Shown here: in pieces, positions 24,979 through 35,374 of the stretch
How positions within the stretch are numbered: position 1 is the first letter of the stretch
Layout: the number at the start of each line of letters is the position of its first letter
Origin: an uncultured Elusimicrobiaceae bacterium
GTDB taxonomy: Bacteria > RUG730
Length of the DNA: 38,763 nucleotides
Direction: 5' to 3'
NCBI GenBank assembly: GCA_964421155.1
Contig: CAYQVV010000001.1
Coordinates: 9,965-48,727, forward strand
Made by a program: the position numbers and the translations under genes
Notes under the pieces: model-generated
What the model was told of the DNA's origin: nothing
Databases searched by the model: none
The model's input: only the letters and a program-made list of their open reading frames with translations

Positions 24979-26310
24979 ATGTCGGAGTTTAATAGCGAGG
25001 ATTTTTTTGATATAAATAGACCTCTTGCATATTGTATGCGTCCAAGCACTTTAAATGATTTTTTTGGACAAGAACATTTACTAGCAGAAGATAAAATTTT
25101 ATATAAAATTATTAAAAATCAAAAACTTGTTAATATGATTTTTTTTGGTCCTTCAGGATCAGGAAAAACTGCTTTAGTTAAAATAATTTCTCGTGAAATG
25201 AATATGCCAATTTTTGAAATAAATGCAACTACAAGTGGAGTTGCAGATATAAAAAAAATTATTCAAGAAGCAAAAAGCTTTAACGAGAATTATAAAAAAC
25301 AAATTCTAGTTATGATAGATGAAATTCATCATTTCAATAAAACTCAACAAGATTCATTATTGCCTTCAATAGAAAGTGGTGCTATTATTTTAATAGGAAT
25401 TACTACTGAAAATCCATATTTTTATATAAATAATGCTATTATTTCCAGATCTTTGGTCTTTGAATTTAAAAAACTTAAAAAAGAAGATATTTTAAACATA
25501 TTAAAAAAAGCATTAATATATATATATAATGATAAAAAAAGTTGTTCTATAAAAAAAGATAATGAAGATAAAAATTTTTTTGAAGAAGCAGTTTTGGAAT
25601 ATATAGCAGAATTTTCTAATGGTGATGCACGGTATTCATTAAATGTTTTAGAAGCGACAGTTAGTGCGTTGTATCCAGAAATAACATTAGAAAATTTTAA
25701 AAAGACTTTTAATGATATTTTAAAAACTAAAATAAGTTATGATAAAAAACAAAATTTTCATTATGATGTTATATCTGCATTTATAAAAAGTATGAGAGGA
25801 AGTGACCCAGATGCTTCATTGTATTGGCTTGCATTAATGTTAGAAGCTGGAGAAGATATTTCTTTTATAGCTAGAAGAATTGCTATTTGTGCTTCTGAGG
25901 ATGTTGGGCTTGCACACCCAAATATTCTTTCTACAATTAATGCTGGCTGGGAAATGGTTGAAAAAATAGGAATGCCAGAAGCTCGTATAATTTTGGCAGA
26001 AATGGCAGTTTTAGTGGCAATTTCTCCTAAAAGTAATAGTGCTTATATTGGAATAAATAAAGCTATAGATGATGTTAAAAATGGTAAAATTTTTGATGTT
26101 CCTATATATTTGAAAACTATAGCAAGTAAAAATGTTGTAAAAGATGAAGAATCTTATAAATATCCGCATGATTATAAACAGCATTTTGTTAGGCAAAAAT
26201 ATTTAGATAATTATTTTAGTGAAAAATATTATAAACCTGGAAATGAGGGACAAGAAAAGATATATAAAGAATTTTTATATAAACTTTGGAATATAAAAAA
26301 TGAAAAATGA
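24979..26310 (+). CDS. rarA: Replication-associated recombination protein A (RarA/MgsA AAA+ ATPase)
   Basis: 443 aa. Walker A FFGPSGSGKT, Walker B MIDEIHHFNK, GDARYSLN, C-terminal MgsA domain (RGSDPDASLYWLALMLEAGED). Confidence 0.92.
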   Translation: MSEFNSEDFFDINRPLAYCMRPSTLNDFFGQEHLLAEDKILYKIIKNQKLVNMIFFGPSGSGKTALVKIISREMNMPIFEINATTSGVADIKKIIQEAKSFNENYKKQILVMIDEIHHFNKTQQDSLLPSIESGAIILIGITTENPYFYINNAIISRSLVFEFKKLKKEDILNILKKALIYIYNDKKSCSIKKDNEDKNFFEEAVLEYIAEFSNGDARYSLNVLEATVSALYPEITLENFKKTFNDILKTKISYDKKQNFHYDVISAFIKSMRGSDPDASLYWLALMLEAGEDISFIARRIAICASEDVGLAHPNILSTINAGWEMVEKIGMPEARIILAEMAVLVAISPKSNSAYIGINKAIDDVKNGKIFDVPIYLKTIASKNVVKDEESYKYPHDYKQHFVRQKYLDNYFSEKYYKPGNEGQEKIYKEFLYKLWNIKNEK

Positions 26311-27025
26311 AATGGACTTTTTATTTTTTAAAAATAATAAAAGTATTGTAAGAGATTTTTTTAGAAAAAAAAGAAATTCTATTCCATTAACAGAAGTTGA
26401 TGCTAAAAGTGTTGAAATAACGAAAAAGGTAATAAATTTATTTTCAAAATTTAAAAAAATAGGATATGAAAATTTTAGAATAATGCTTTATTATGCTTTT
26501 GATAATGAGGTTGAAACAATTAATATTTTTAAATACTGTTTTGAAAATTTTGGAGGAGCTATTTATCCTAAAGTTGAAAATTTTAATATAGAAACATACT
26601 GGATAAAAAATTTAGATGAATTTAAAGTTGGTAAATATAAAATATTTGAACCAGATGTAGATGTTTGTGAGAAAATATTTTTTGAAAGTGAAAAATATAT
26701 AAAAGAAAAAAATAATAAAATTGATATAGTTTTTGTGCCGGGAATTGTATTTGATAATTTTGGGAATCGTATAGGTTTTGGAAAAGGTTTTTATGATAGG
26801 TTTTTACAAAATTTAAAGAAAGATTTTTTAGAGAAAAATATTAATAAAGAAAAATTTGATTTTTTAGTTGTAGGTCTTTGTTATGACTTTCAAGTTTGTA
26901 AAAATGGAGAATTGGAAATTTTGAAAAATAAAAACGATTTTCCAATGGATATTATAATTACTGATTCAAATATTTATTTAGGGCAAGACTATAGAAGGAG
27001 AAAAAATGCAGATATTTTTATTTAG
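26300..27025 (+). CDS. ygfA: 5-formyltetrahydrofolate cyclo-ligase
   Basis: 241 aa. Hallmark [27 protein letters not shown]. Overlaps the rarA stop by 11 nt. Confidence 0.85.
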   Translation: MKNEMDFLFFKNNKSIVRDFFRKKRNSIPLTEVDAKSVEITKKVINLFSKFKKIGYENFRIMLYYAFDNEVETINIFKYCFENFGGAIYPKVENFNIETYWIKNLDEFKVGKYKIFEPDVDVCEKIFFESEKYIKEKNNKIDIVFVPGIVFDNFGNRIGFGKGFYDRFLQNLKKDFLEKNINKEKFDFLVVGLCYDFQVCKNGELEILKNKNDFPMDIIITDSNIYLGQDYRRRKNADIFI

Positions 27026-28586
27026 TTTACTAGCTTTAATCGTGGGAATTGGAATAGGTTTTATTTTGAGACTTTTTTATGCTAAATATAACCTTGAATC
27101 AACTGAAAATAATGCAAAAAATGCAGAAAACAATGCAAAAAAAATTTTGGAAGATGCAAAAAAAGAAGCAGAAGCAAAGAAAAAAGAGATGCTTATAGAA
27201 GCAAAAGATTTGATTTATAAAGAAAGACAAGAATTTGATAAAGATTTGAAAGAAAGAAGAGTTGAATTGCAACAATATGAAAAGAGTTTGACATACAGAG
27301 AAACTGATATTGTTAGAAAGCAGGATGCTTTTACAGAAAAAGAAAAAGAGTTAAAAAAACAAGAAGATTTTTTAAAAGAAGAAAATAAGAAAATAGAAGA
27401 AATTAAAGAAACTTTAAATTTTGAAAGAGGTTTGTTAAGAAAAGAGCTAGAAAAAATATCTGGTATGAGTAGTGAAGAAGCAAAACAAATATTAATTAAA
27501 AATATTGAAGATGAAGCAAAACAAGATGCTAGTATTAGAATTAGAAAAATAGAAGAAGAGTTAAAAGAAAGTGCAGATAAAAAAGCTAAAGAAATAGTAT
27601 CTTTGGCAGTTCAGAGAGTTGCTGTGGAGCATACTAGTGATATAACTGTGAGTACTGTTATTATTCCTAATGATGATATGAAAGGAAGAATTATAGGAAG
27701 AGAAGGAAGAAATATTAGAGCTTTTGAATCAGCAACAGGAGTTGATGTTATAGTAGATGACACTCCTGAAGCGATAACTTTAACTTCTTTTGATGGGGTT
27801 AGAAGAGAGATTGCTAGAGTTTCATTAGAGAGATTAATAGTTGATGGCAGAATTCATCCAGCTAGAATAGAAGAAATGGTTGCAAAAGTTTCAAAAGAAA
27901 TGGAATCATATATAAAAGAAGTTGGAGAACAAGCTAGTATAGAAGCTGGAGTAACTGGTTTGCCAGAAGAATTAATAAGGCTTATGGGAAGGTTAAAATA
28001 TAGAACTAGTTATGGTCAAAATGTTTTGAAACATTCTTTGGAAGTTGCACATCTTTCTAAACTTATGGCTACAGAGTTAGGTTTAGATGTGGATTTATGT
28101 TTAAAAGCAGGATTTTTTCATGATATAGGAAAAGCAGTAGATCATGATGTGGAGGGAACTCATGCACAAATAGGAGCGGATATTTTAAAGAAATATTATC
28201 CTAATAATAAAAAAATGATAAATGCTGTTTTGGCTCATCATGAGGGCGAAGTTAAACCTGAAAGTTTAGAGGCAGTAATTGTTGCTACGGCAGATGCTAT
28301 TTCTGCAGCAAGACCGGGAGCTAGAAGAGAAAGTTTAGAGTTTTATTTAAAAAGAGTTCAAAAATTAGAAGAATTAGCAAATTCTTTTAAAGGTGTTGAA
28401 AAATCATTTGCTATACAAGCTGGAAGAGAGGTTAGAATTGTAGTTGAACCTGTAAAAGTCAGAGAAGAAGATTTGGTGTTATTGGCTAGAGAAATAACAC
28501 AGAAAATAGAAAAAGAATTAGATTATCCGGGGCAGATAAAAGTAACTTTGATTAGAGAAACTAGACATAGTGATGTTGCAAAATAA
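27006..28586 (+). CDS. rny: Ribonuclease Y
   Basis: 526 aa. N-terminal TM helix, Lys/Glu coiled coil, KH domain [17 protein letters not shown] domain (FHDIGKA...AHHE). SD aggag lies upstream of ATG 27006. Overlaps the cyclo-ligase gene by 20 nt. Confidence 0.93.
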   Translation: MQIFLFSLLALIVGIGIGFILRLFYAKYNLESTENNAKNAENNAKKILEDAKKEAEAKKKEMLIEAKDLIYKERQEFDKDLKERRVELQQYEKSLTYRETDIVRKQDAFTEKEKELKKQEDFLKEENKKIEEIKETLNFERGLLRKELEKISGMSSEEAKQILIKNIEDEAKQDASIRIRKIEEELKESADKKAKEIVSLAVQRVAVEHTSDITVSTVIIPNDDMKGRIIGREGRNIRAFESATGVDVIVDDTPEAITLTSFDGVRREIARVSLERLIVDGRIHPARIEEMVAKVSKEMESYIKEVGEQASIEAGVTGLPEELIRLMGRLKYRTSYGQNVLKHSLEVAHLSKLMATELGLDVDLCLKAGFFHDIGKAVDHDVEGTHAQIGADILKKYYPNNKKMINAVLAHHEGEVKPESLEAVIVATADAISAARPGARRESLEFYLKRVQKLEELANSFKGVEKSFAIQAGREVRIVVEPVKVREEDLVLLAREITQKIEKELDYPGQIKVTLIRETRHSDVAK

Positions 28587-28607
28587 ATATAATTAATGAG
28601 GCGAAAA

Positions 28608-29669
28608 ATGAGATATAAAGGATTGATAGATAGATACAAAAATTTTTTACCTGTTTCAGAAAAAACAGAAATTGTGTCTCTTTGTGAAGGAAATACTCCT
28701 TTAATAGAAGCAATTAATTTAAAAAAAATTTTGAATGTTAAGTTTGATATCTTTTTAAAATATGAAGGATTAAATCCTACTGGATCTTTTAAAGACAGAG
28801 GAATGACAATGGCTATAACTAAAGCAAAAGAAGAAGGCGCCAAAACAGTAATTTGTGCATCGACAGGAAATACTTCTGCTTCTGCTGCTGCTTATTCTGT
28901 TAGAGCTGGATTAAAATGTGTTGTTTTGATTCCAGATGGTAATATTGCTTTTGGAAAGTTATCTCAAGCATTAATTCATAATGCTCAAGTTATTGCAATA
29001 AATGGTAATTTTGATATAGCTTTGAAGATGGTTAGAGAAATAACAGAAAAGACTTCTATCGTACTTGTAAATTCTATAAACCCATATAGGATTGAGGGGC
29101 AAAAAACAGGAGCTTTTGAGATAGTTGATGATTTAGAAGATTCCCCAGATTACCATTTTATACCAGTAGGAAACGCTGGAAATATAACAGCATATTGGAA
29201 AGGATATAAAGAATATAGACAAAAAGGTAAATCTACTAAATTGCCAAAAATGATGGGATATGAAGCTAGTGGTTCTGCTCCAATAGTTTTAGGAAAAATT
29301 GTTGAAAAACCAGAGACTGTAGCAACTGCTATAAAAATTGGTAATCCAGCAAGCTGGAAATTTGCAGAAGCTGCTAGAGATGAATCTAATGGAATTATTG
29401 ATATGGTTACAGATGATGAGATTTTAAATGCTTATAGAATGCTTGCGAAATATGAAGGAGTTTTTTGTGAGCCTGCATCTGCAAGTTCTTTTGCAGGACT
29501 AATGAAATATATAAATTTAAATCCTGGAAAAATAGCAGATAGTTCTAAAGTTGTTTGTGTTTTGACTGGACACGGATTAAAAGATCCTGATAATGCAATA
29601 AAAAATTCTTCAGATATAATTAAATTAAATGCAGATATAAATGAATTGGAGAAAGTTATTTTAAGTTAA
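28608..29669 (+). CDS. thrC: Threonine synthase
   Basis: Colinear with remembered B. subtilis ThrC (KGLI..YK.FLPV...EGNTPLI; PLP-Lys motif [11 protein letters not shown]; CASTGNTSA; [13 protein letters not shown]; [14 protein letters not shown]). Start placed at ATG 28608 (MRYKGLI); the track uses ATG 28596. Confidence 0.93.
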   Translation: MRYKGLIDRYKNFLPVSEKTEIVSLCEGNTPLIEAINLKKILNVKFDIFLKYEGLNPTGSFKDRGMTMAITKAKEEGAKTVICASTGNTSASAAAYSVRAGLKCVVLIPDGNIAFGKLSQALIHNAQVIAINGNFDIALKMVREITEKTSIVLVNSINPYRIEGQKTGAFEIVDDLEDSPDYHFIPVGNAGNITAYWKGYKEYRQKGKSTKLPKMMGYEASGSAPIVLGKIVEKPETVATAIKIGNPASWKFAEAARDESNGIIDMVTDDEILNAYRMLAKYEGVFCEPASASSFAGLMKYINLNPGKIADSSKVVCVLTGHGLKDPDNAIKNSSDIIKLNADINELEKVILS

Positions 29670-29681
29670 TAGGACGGGAAT

Positions 29682-31502
29682 ATGTTTAATATTAATAAAT
29701 TTTTCAAATTTAAAGTTTTAATACAAAATATTAAAGATAAATTTAATAAAAAAATACATTTAGAAAAAAAATCTGTTTTAAGAATAAAAGAAGTTTGGAA
29801 AACATACCTTATTCCAGATTTAAAAATAATAATTTTATCTATAATTTTTATGATTATAGCATCGGGATTAGAGGCTTTATCTGTTAAAATGCTACAGCCA
29901 GTTTTTGACGAAGTTTTTATTTCAAAAAATAAAGCAGTTTTGAATATTATAGGATTACAAATAATAGGAATTTTTGCAATAAAAGGAATTGCTACTTATT
30001 TGCAACAAGTTAGTATGTCTAAAGTTGGGCTAAATATGGTAAAAAAGATGCAAGTAGATCTTTTTGAGCATCTTATAAAATTAGATGTAAGTTTTTTTCA
30101 TAGAAGAAATTCTGGAGATTTATTGAATCATTTTATTGGAGATGTGAATATTACAAAAGAAGCAATGCTAAATGGTGTAACGAGTTTAGTTAGAGATAGC
30201 TGTACTGTAGTTTTTATGATAGGGCTTATGTTTTATAAAAATGCAGAAATGGCATTAGTTATGTTTGTTCTTTTTCCTATTGCTTTTTGGCCATTGATTT
30301 ATTTTGGTAAAAAAGTTAGAAAAATGACTACAAATCAGCAGATGAGTTCTGGAGGTTTATATGGTGCATTAGCACAGGCTTTCCAAGGAGTAAAAATTAT
30401 AAAATCCTATTGTTTAGAAGATAAGGAAGTTAAAAAAATAGACCAAAATGCAGAAGCAATATCAGATATTAGTCTTAAAATGACAAAAATTAATGCAATG
30501 TTATCTCCTTTAATGGAATTTTTTGGAGGGATTGCTGTGGCAGGAACTCTTGCATATGGAGGAGTTAGGATTATGCAAGGGAAATTGACTCCAGGAAGTT
30601 TTATGGTTTTTTTAATAGCAATAGTTGCAGCATACAAACCTTTAAAAAACTTGGCAGGTTTGAATGTAAAGGTTCAAATGGGAATAGCAGCATTAGATAG
30701 ATTATTTAGTCTTTTTGAAGATAAACCATTAATTCTTGATAAAGAAAATGTAAAACAGTTAAATATAAAAGAAGGAAAAATAGAGATAGAAAATGTTCAC
30801 TTTTCTTATGTACAGGATAAAGAAGTTTTGCATGGAATTTCTTTTATTGCTGAACCAAATAAGACTACAGCTATTGTTGGAGCTTCAGGTTCAGGAAAAT
30901 CTACGCTTATAAATTTATTGTTAAGATTTTATGACGTAGAGTCTGGAATTATTAAAATAGATGGACAAGATATAAGAGATGTTTCTATAAAAAGTTTGAG
31001 AGAAAATATTGCATTTGTTTCTCAAGATGTTGTTTTATTTGATGATACTATAAAAAATAATATTATTTTTGGGAAAGAAAATGTTAAAGATGAAGATATT
31101 ATAGAAGCTGCAAAAAATGCTGCAGCGCATAATTTTATTATGCATAAAGATAATCAATATAATGAAAGAATAGGTGAAAGGGGTGGAAACTTGTCTGGTG
31201 GGCAAAAACAAATGGTTTCTATAGCAAGAGCTATGCTTAAAAATGCTCCTATTTTGCTTTTAGATGAAGCTACTTCTTCTTTAGATTCAAAATCTGAAAA
31301 TATGGTCCAAAAATCATTAGAAAGATTGATGGAAGGAAGAACTACAATAGTTATAGCACATAGATTGTCTACTATAATTAATGCGGATAAAATATATGTT
31401 TTTGATAATGGAAATATAGTAGAGTCAGGTAATCATGAAGAATTATTAATCCAAAATGGATATTATGCAAAGCTTTATAATTTGCAATTTATGAAACAAT
31501 AA
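29682..31502 (+). CDS. msbA: ABC exporter (fused TMD-NBD), MsbA-like lipid A flippase candidate
   Basis: 606 aa. Six-helix type I exporter TMD, then Walker A GASGSGKST, signature LSGGQKQ, Walker B LLLDEATS, H-loop IAHR. The msbA assignment rests on family resemblance plus the Kdo/lipid A context. Confidence 0.65.
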   Translation: MFNINKFFKFKVLIQNIKDKFNKKIHLEKKSVLRIKEVWKTYLIPDLKIIILSIIFMIIASGLEALSVKMLQPVFDEVFISKNKAVLNIIGLQIIGIFAIKGIATYLQQVSMSKVGLNMVKKMQVDLFEHLIKLDVSFFHRRNSGDLLNHFIGDVNITKEAMLNGVTSLVRDSCTVVFMIGLMFYKNAEMALVMFVLFPIAFWPLIYFGKKVRKMTTNQQMSSGGLYGALAQAFQGVKIIKSYCLEDKEVKKIDQNAEAISDISLKMTKINAMLSPLMEFFGGIAVAGTLAYGGVRIMQGKLTPGSFMVFLIAIVAAYKPLKNLAGLNVKVQMGIAALDRLFSLFEDKPLILDKENVKQLNIKEGKIEIENVHFSYVQDKEVLHGISFIAEPNKTTAIVGASGSGKSTLINLLLRFYDVESGIIKIDGQDIRDVSIKSLRENIAFVSQDVVLFDDTIKNNIIFGKENVKDEDIIEAAKNAAAHNFIMHKDNQYNERIGERGGNLSGGQKQMVSIARAMLKNAPILLLDEATSSLDSKSENMVQKSLERLMEGRTTIVIAHRLSTIINADKIYVFDNGNIVESGNHEELLIQNGYYAKLYNLQFMKQ

Positions 31503-31512
31503 ATTATATAAA

Positions 31513-32169
31513 ATGAAAGTAATAGAAATTTTTAATAGTATAGAAGGCGAAGGTTTAAGGGCTGGGAAATTAGCAACATTTATTAGGTTTGAAGGTTGTA
31601 ATTGTAGATGTTCTTATTGTGATACAAAATATAGTTATGAAAATTCTATTTTTATAGATATGTCTTTGAATGAAATTTTATTTAAGATAAAAAAAATAGG
31701 AAATAATTTATTAACTATAACAGGCGGAGAGCCATTAATACATGATAATATTGAAGATTTTATAGAAATATTAAATAGGGAAAAATATAAAATTAATATA
31801 GAAACTAATGGAACAGTTCCTATAAATTTTCTATTAAAATATGAAAATGTTTTCATAACAATGGATTATAAATGTCCTTCTAGTAATATGGAAGATAAAA
31901 TGAATTTGGATAATTTAAAAATTTTGAGAAATTCAGATGTTTTAAAGTTTGTAGTCGGAGATTATGCAGATTTATTAAAAATGAATGACATAATTAAAAA
32001 ATACAATATAGTATGTAATATTTATATTAGTCCCGTGTTTGGGAAAATAGAATATAAAGAAATAATAGAATTTATGAAAAAAAATCGAAAAAATTTGAAT
32101 ATGGATAATGTTACTTTTCAATTGCAATTGCATAAAATAATTTGGAACAAGGATGAGAGAGGAGTATAA
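31513..32169 (+). CDS. queE: 7-carboxy-7-deazaguanine synthase (radical SAM QueE)
   Basis: 218 aa. EIFNSIEGEGLRAGKLATFIRFEGCNCRCSYCDT is the QueE N-terminus with the radical-SAM Cys triad. TGGEP motif present. Confidence 0.88.
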   Translation: MKVIEIFNSIEGEGLRAGKLATFIRFEGCNCRCSYCDTKYSYENSIFIDMSLNEILFKIKKIGNNLLTITGGEPLIHDNIEDFIEILNREKYKINIETNGTVPINFLLKYENVFITMDYKCPSSNMEDKMNLDNLKILRNSDVLKFVVGDYADLLKMNDIIKKYNIVCNIYISPVFGKIEYKEIIEFMKKNRKNLNMDNVTFQLQLHKIIWNKDERGV

Positions 32170-32195
32170 ATAAATATATTTTTTTAATAAATATA

Positions 32196-32224
32196 TTTAC
32201 GAAAAAAAAATTTTGTTATATAAT
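32196..32224 (+). promoter_or_regulatory. Candidate sigma-70-type promoter for ilvD
   Basis: tttacg (32196-32201), 17-nt spacer, tataat (32219-32224), 27 nt upstream of the ATG. The chance expectation is high in AT-rich DNA. Confidence 0.3.
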
Positions 32225-32251
32225 TTAAAAATTTGTTAAAGGATATTATAT

Positions 32252-34021
32252 ATGGAAAAAACTAATAAAAATTTTGTTAATTTTGCAATAGAAAATATAA
32301 GAGATAAAGGTAGTAGGTTGTTTTCTGAAGGGAAATTTATGATGCCTAATATATCTCTTTTATTTGCAAGTGGAGCTATAAAAAAGAAAAATGATTTAAA
32401 AAAACCTTTTATTACAATAGTAAATTCTTTTAGTACTCAAATCCCAGGGCATGCACATTTAGATAAACTAGGATATATTTTAAAAGAATATCTTGAAAGT
32501 TTAGGCGTAAATGTTTGGTATACAAATGTCGGTGGAGCTGTTTGTGATGGTATTGCTATGGGACATGCAGGGATGAAGTATTCTTTGCCTTCTAGAGAAT
32601 TGATAACTGATCAGATAGAAACGATAATTGGTGCACATCCTTGTGATGGATGGATAGGAATTGGGAATTGTGATAAAATTGTTCCTGGAATGTATAATGC
32701 AATGGTTAGATTAAATATTCCATCTATATATGTTAGTGGTGGACCTATGAGATCTAGTTGTAATAATAAAGATTTAATTTCTGTTTCAGAAGCTGTAGGA
32801 GCTAATAGTAGTGGAAAAATTACAGATGAAGATCTAGAATTATTAGCAGAAACTGCTTGCCCTGGATATGGAAGTTGTTCTGGAATGTTTACTGCCAATA
32901 CAATGAATTGTATTGGAGAGATTTTAGGGTTTGCTTTGCCTGGTAATGGGACAGTTCCTGCAACTACTAGAAAGGATAATGTAGTAAGACAATTTGAAAT
33001 AAATCCTTTAAGAATAGACTTGGTGAAAAATTCTGGAAAAATACTTTTGGATTTAATTGAAAACAATGTTAGACCATTGGATATTTTAACTCAAAAATCT
33101 ATAGATAATGCTTTTGTTTTTGATATGGCGATTGGAGGCTCTTCTAATACTGTTTTACATTTACTTGCTTTGTCAAAAGAATCAGAAATAGACTATGATT
33201 TAAAAATGATAAATAAAATTTCAGAAGGGACTCCAAATATTTCTAAAATATCTCCATCTAGACCAGAGGTTCATATAGAAGATTTAGATAATGTTGGAGG
33301 AGTTGGAGCTGTTTTAAAAGAAATTTATAAAGGGCTGAAAGAGAAAAATTTAGAAAATATTTTAGATTTAGAGCAGAAAACTTGCTATGGCAAACTAAAA
33401 GATTATGTTTTAAATTCAAAAGATCCAGATGGATATGTTATACACAAAATTGATGATGCCTTTTCAAAAGAGGGGGGGCTTGCAGTTTTGTTTGGAAATT
33501 TTGCAAAAAATGGAGCAGTTTTGAAAACTAATGGTGTTGATAAAGATATGTTTTATTTTAAAGGAAAAGCTAAAATTTATGAATCTCAAGAAGATGCTTT
33601 ATATGGGATTTTAAATGATGAAGTAAAAGATGGAGATGTTGTTATAATTAGATATGAAGGACCAAAAGGTGGTCCTGGAATGCAAGAAATGCTTTCTCCT
33701 ACAGCTGCATTGAAAGGGAAAGGATTAAAGGCTGCACTTATAACAGATGGAAGATTTTCTGGAGGTACTAGGGGACTTTGTATTGGGCATGTTTCCCCAG
33801 AAGCAGCATCATCAGGAGAAATTGCAATAATAGAAAATGGGGATATTATAGAGATAGATGTAAATAAGAAAATAATGAATGTTTTGATTTCTGAAGAAGA
33901 AATTATTCAAAGAAAATCTAAATTGAAACCATTTATTTCTAAAATAAAAAAAGGTTGGCTTTTAAGATATTCCCAATTAGTATCTAGTGCAGATGAAGGT
34001 GCTGTTTTAAAAATAAAATAA
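32252..34021 (+). CDS. ilvD: Dihydroxy-acid dehydratase
   Basis: 589 aa. [13 protein letters not shown], Fe-S ligand context [14 protein letters not shown]-terminal [20 protein letters not shown]. Confidence 0.92.
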   Translation: MEKTNKNFVNFAIENIRDKGSRLFSEGKFMMPNISLLFASGAIKKKNDLKKPFITIVNSFSTQIPGHAHLDKLGYILKEYLESLGVNVWYTNVGGAVCDGIAMGHAGMKYSLPSRELITDQIETIIGAHPCDGWIGIGNCDKIVPGMYNAMVRLNIPSIYVSGGPMRSSCNNKDLISVSEAVGANSSGKITDEDLELLAETACPGYGSCSGMFTANTMNCIGEILGFALPGNGTVPATTRKDNVVRQFEINPLRIDLVKNSGKILLDLIENNVRPLDILTQKSIDNAFVFDMAIGGSSNTVLHLLALSKESEIDYDLKMINKISEGTPNISKISPSRPEVHIEDLDNVGGVGAVLKEIYKGLKEKNLENILDLEQKTCYGKLKDYVLNSKDPDGYVIHKIDDAFSKEGGLAVLFGNFAKNGAVLKTNGVDKDMFYFKGKAKIYESQEDALYGILNDEVKDGDVVIIRYEGPKGGPGMQEMLSPTAALKGKGLKAALITDGRFSGGTRGLCIGHVSPEAASSGEIAIIENGDIIEIDVNKKIMNVLISEEEIIQRKSKLKPFISKIKKGWLLRYSQLVSSADEGAVLKIK

Positions 34022-34035
34022 TTTTGGATAAATTT

Positions 34036-35337
34036 ATGAAAGTTTCAAATGTTGATATAAAAAGATTAGGGCTGTGTAATTATAATTCTCCTTTGGAGAA
34101 AAATAAGACTTCTTTTATAGAAGATAGTGATAATGTTATTACTCATATCCATAAAGGAGAAATATTTAACTCAATATTAAAGCATGAAGTTAGTTTTTTT
34201 GAAATAGCAGGTCCTAGGAAAAAGGTATTTTTTGATTCAGATATAACATGTGGAATTGTTACTTGTGGAGGCTTGTGTCCAGGGATAAATAATGTAATTA
34301 GAGCAATTGTTATAGAATTGTCTAAATGTTATGGTGTTAATAAAATATTGGGATTTCGTTATGGGTATAGAGGTCTTACAGAAAATTCTGAATTTCCTCC
34401 TATTAATTTAACTCCAGAAAATGTAGATGATATTCATACTAGAGGAGGAACAATTTTATCTTCTTCTAGAGGGCACCAAGAATTTGATGAAATGTTAAAA
34501 GTTCTTTTAAAGCATAATGTGAAAATTTTATTTACAATAGGTGGAGATGGAACTATAAGAGGTGCAAGTGAATTAGCAAAATATATATTATCTAAAAATT
34601 TAGATATTTCTATTATAGCGATACCAAAAACTATTGATAATGACATTTATTGTATAGATAAAACTTTTGGTTTTGAGACTGCTGTTCAAGAGGCTTCTAA
34701 AGTTATAGAAAGTGCCCATGAGGAAGCAAAAGGGGCGCCAAATGGTATTGGTCTAGTAAAACTTATGGGTAGAGAGTCAGGATATATTGCAGCATATACT
34801 GCATTGGCTAATAGTAATGTTAATTATTGTTTAATTCCTGAAAAAAAAATAGACTTGAATAATTTTATGAAAGTTTTAAAGGATAGAATTTTAAAGAAAA
34901 AACATGCTGTTGTATTAGTTGCAGAGGGAGCAGGTCAAGAATTATTTAAAAATGAAAATAGTTTTAAAGAAAGAGATATGTCAGGTAATAGAAAATTGAA
35001 AGATATTGGAATTTTTCTAAAAAAAGAAATAGAAAATTATTTTAAAATAGAAAAAACAGAAATAAATGTAAAATATTTTGATCCTAGCTATTCTATTAGA
35101 AGTGTCCCAGCAAATGCTATGGATTCTGCTTATTGTTTAATGTTAGCTCAAGGAGCTGTTCATGCGGGCATGGCTGGGATGACAGATGTTTTAATTAGTT
35201 ATATAAATAACCATTATGTTTATATTCCAATAGAAATGAGTATTGTAGAAAGAAAAAAAGTTAACCCAGATGGAAGAATTTGGCATACAGTTATGGAGTC
35301 TACACTTCAATCTAATGATATATTTTTTAAAAGTTAG
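34036..35337 (+). CDS. pfk: 6-phosphofructokinase, long-form PfkA family (phosphoryl donor ambiguous)
   Basis: GIVTCGGLCPGINNVIRA, TIGGDGTIRGA, IPKTIDNDI, MGRESGYIA. Start at ATG 34036 (MKVSNV); the track's TTG at 34024 is an in-frame alternative. Confidence 0.88.
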   Translation: MKVSNVDIKRLGLCNYNSPLEKNKTSFIEDSDNVITHIHKGEIFNSILKHEVSFFEIAGPRKKVFFDSDITCGIVTCGGLCPGINNVIRAIVIELSKCYGVNKILGFRYGYRGLTENSEFPPINLTPENVDDIHTRGGTILSSSRGHQEFDEMLKVLLKHNVKILFTIGGDGTIRGASELAKYILSKNLDISIIAIPKTIDNDIYCIDKTFGFETAVQEASKVIESAHEEAKGAPNGIGLVKLMGRESGYIAAYTALANSNVNYCLIPEKKIDLNNFMKVLKDRILKKKHAVVLVAEGAGQELFKNENSFKERDMSGNRKLKDIGIFLKKEIENYFKIEKTEINVKYFDPSYSIRSVPANAMDSAYCLMLAQGAVHAGMAGMTDVLISYINNHYVYIPIEMSIVERKKVNPDGRIWHTVMESTLQSNDIFFKS

Positions 35338-35374
35338 GAGTTATATTTTGAAAAAAGATAGAGGACAATTATAT

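Noticed and set aside
27100-27150. Short repeated aataatgcaaaaaatgcagaaaacaatgcaaaaaa ([12 protein letters not shown]) near the rny 5' end
   Set aside because: It is low-complexity Lys/Asn/Ala coding sequence in the RNase Y coiled-coil linker, with no independent signal.
32611-33066. 151-aa minus-strand ORF
   Set aside because: It is antisense to the conserved core of ilvD, so it is a shadow ORF.
742-34646. Remaining short antisense ORFs in the track: 742-951, 1910-2233, 3271-3537, 6415-6627, 6631-6921, 8598-8840, 9604-9828, 12158-12391, 12369-12659, 17265-17447, 19354-19578, 19767-19952, 24548-24733, 26011-26196, 28523-28843, 30407-30637, 31635-31856, 34434-34646
   Set aside because: Each lies wholly inside, and opposite to, a gene with strong family motifs. 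Stop-poor antisense frames are expected at this AT content.
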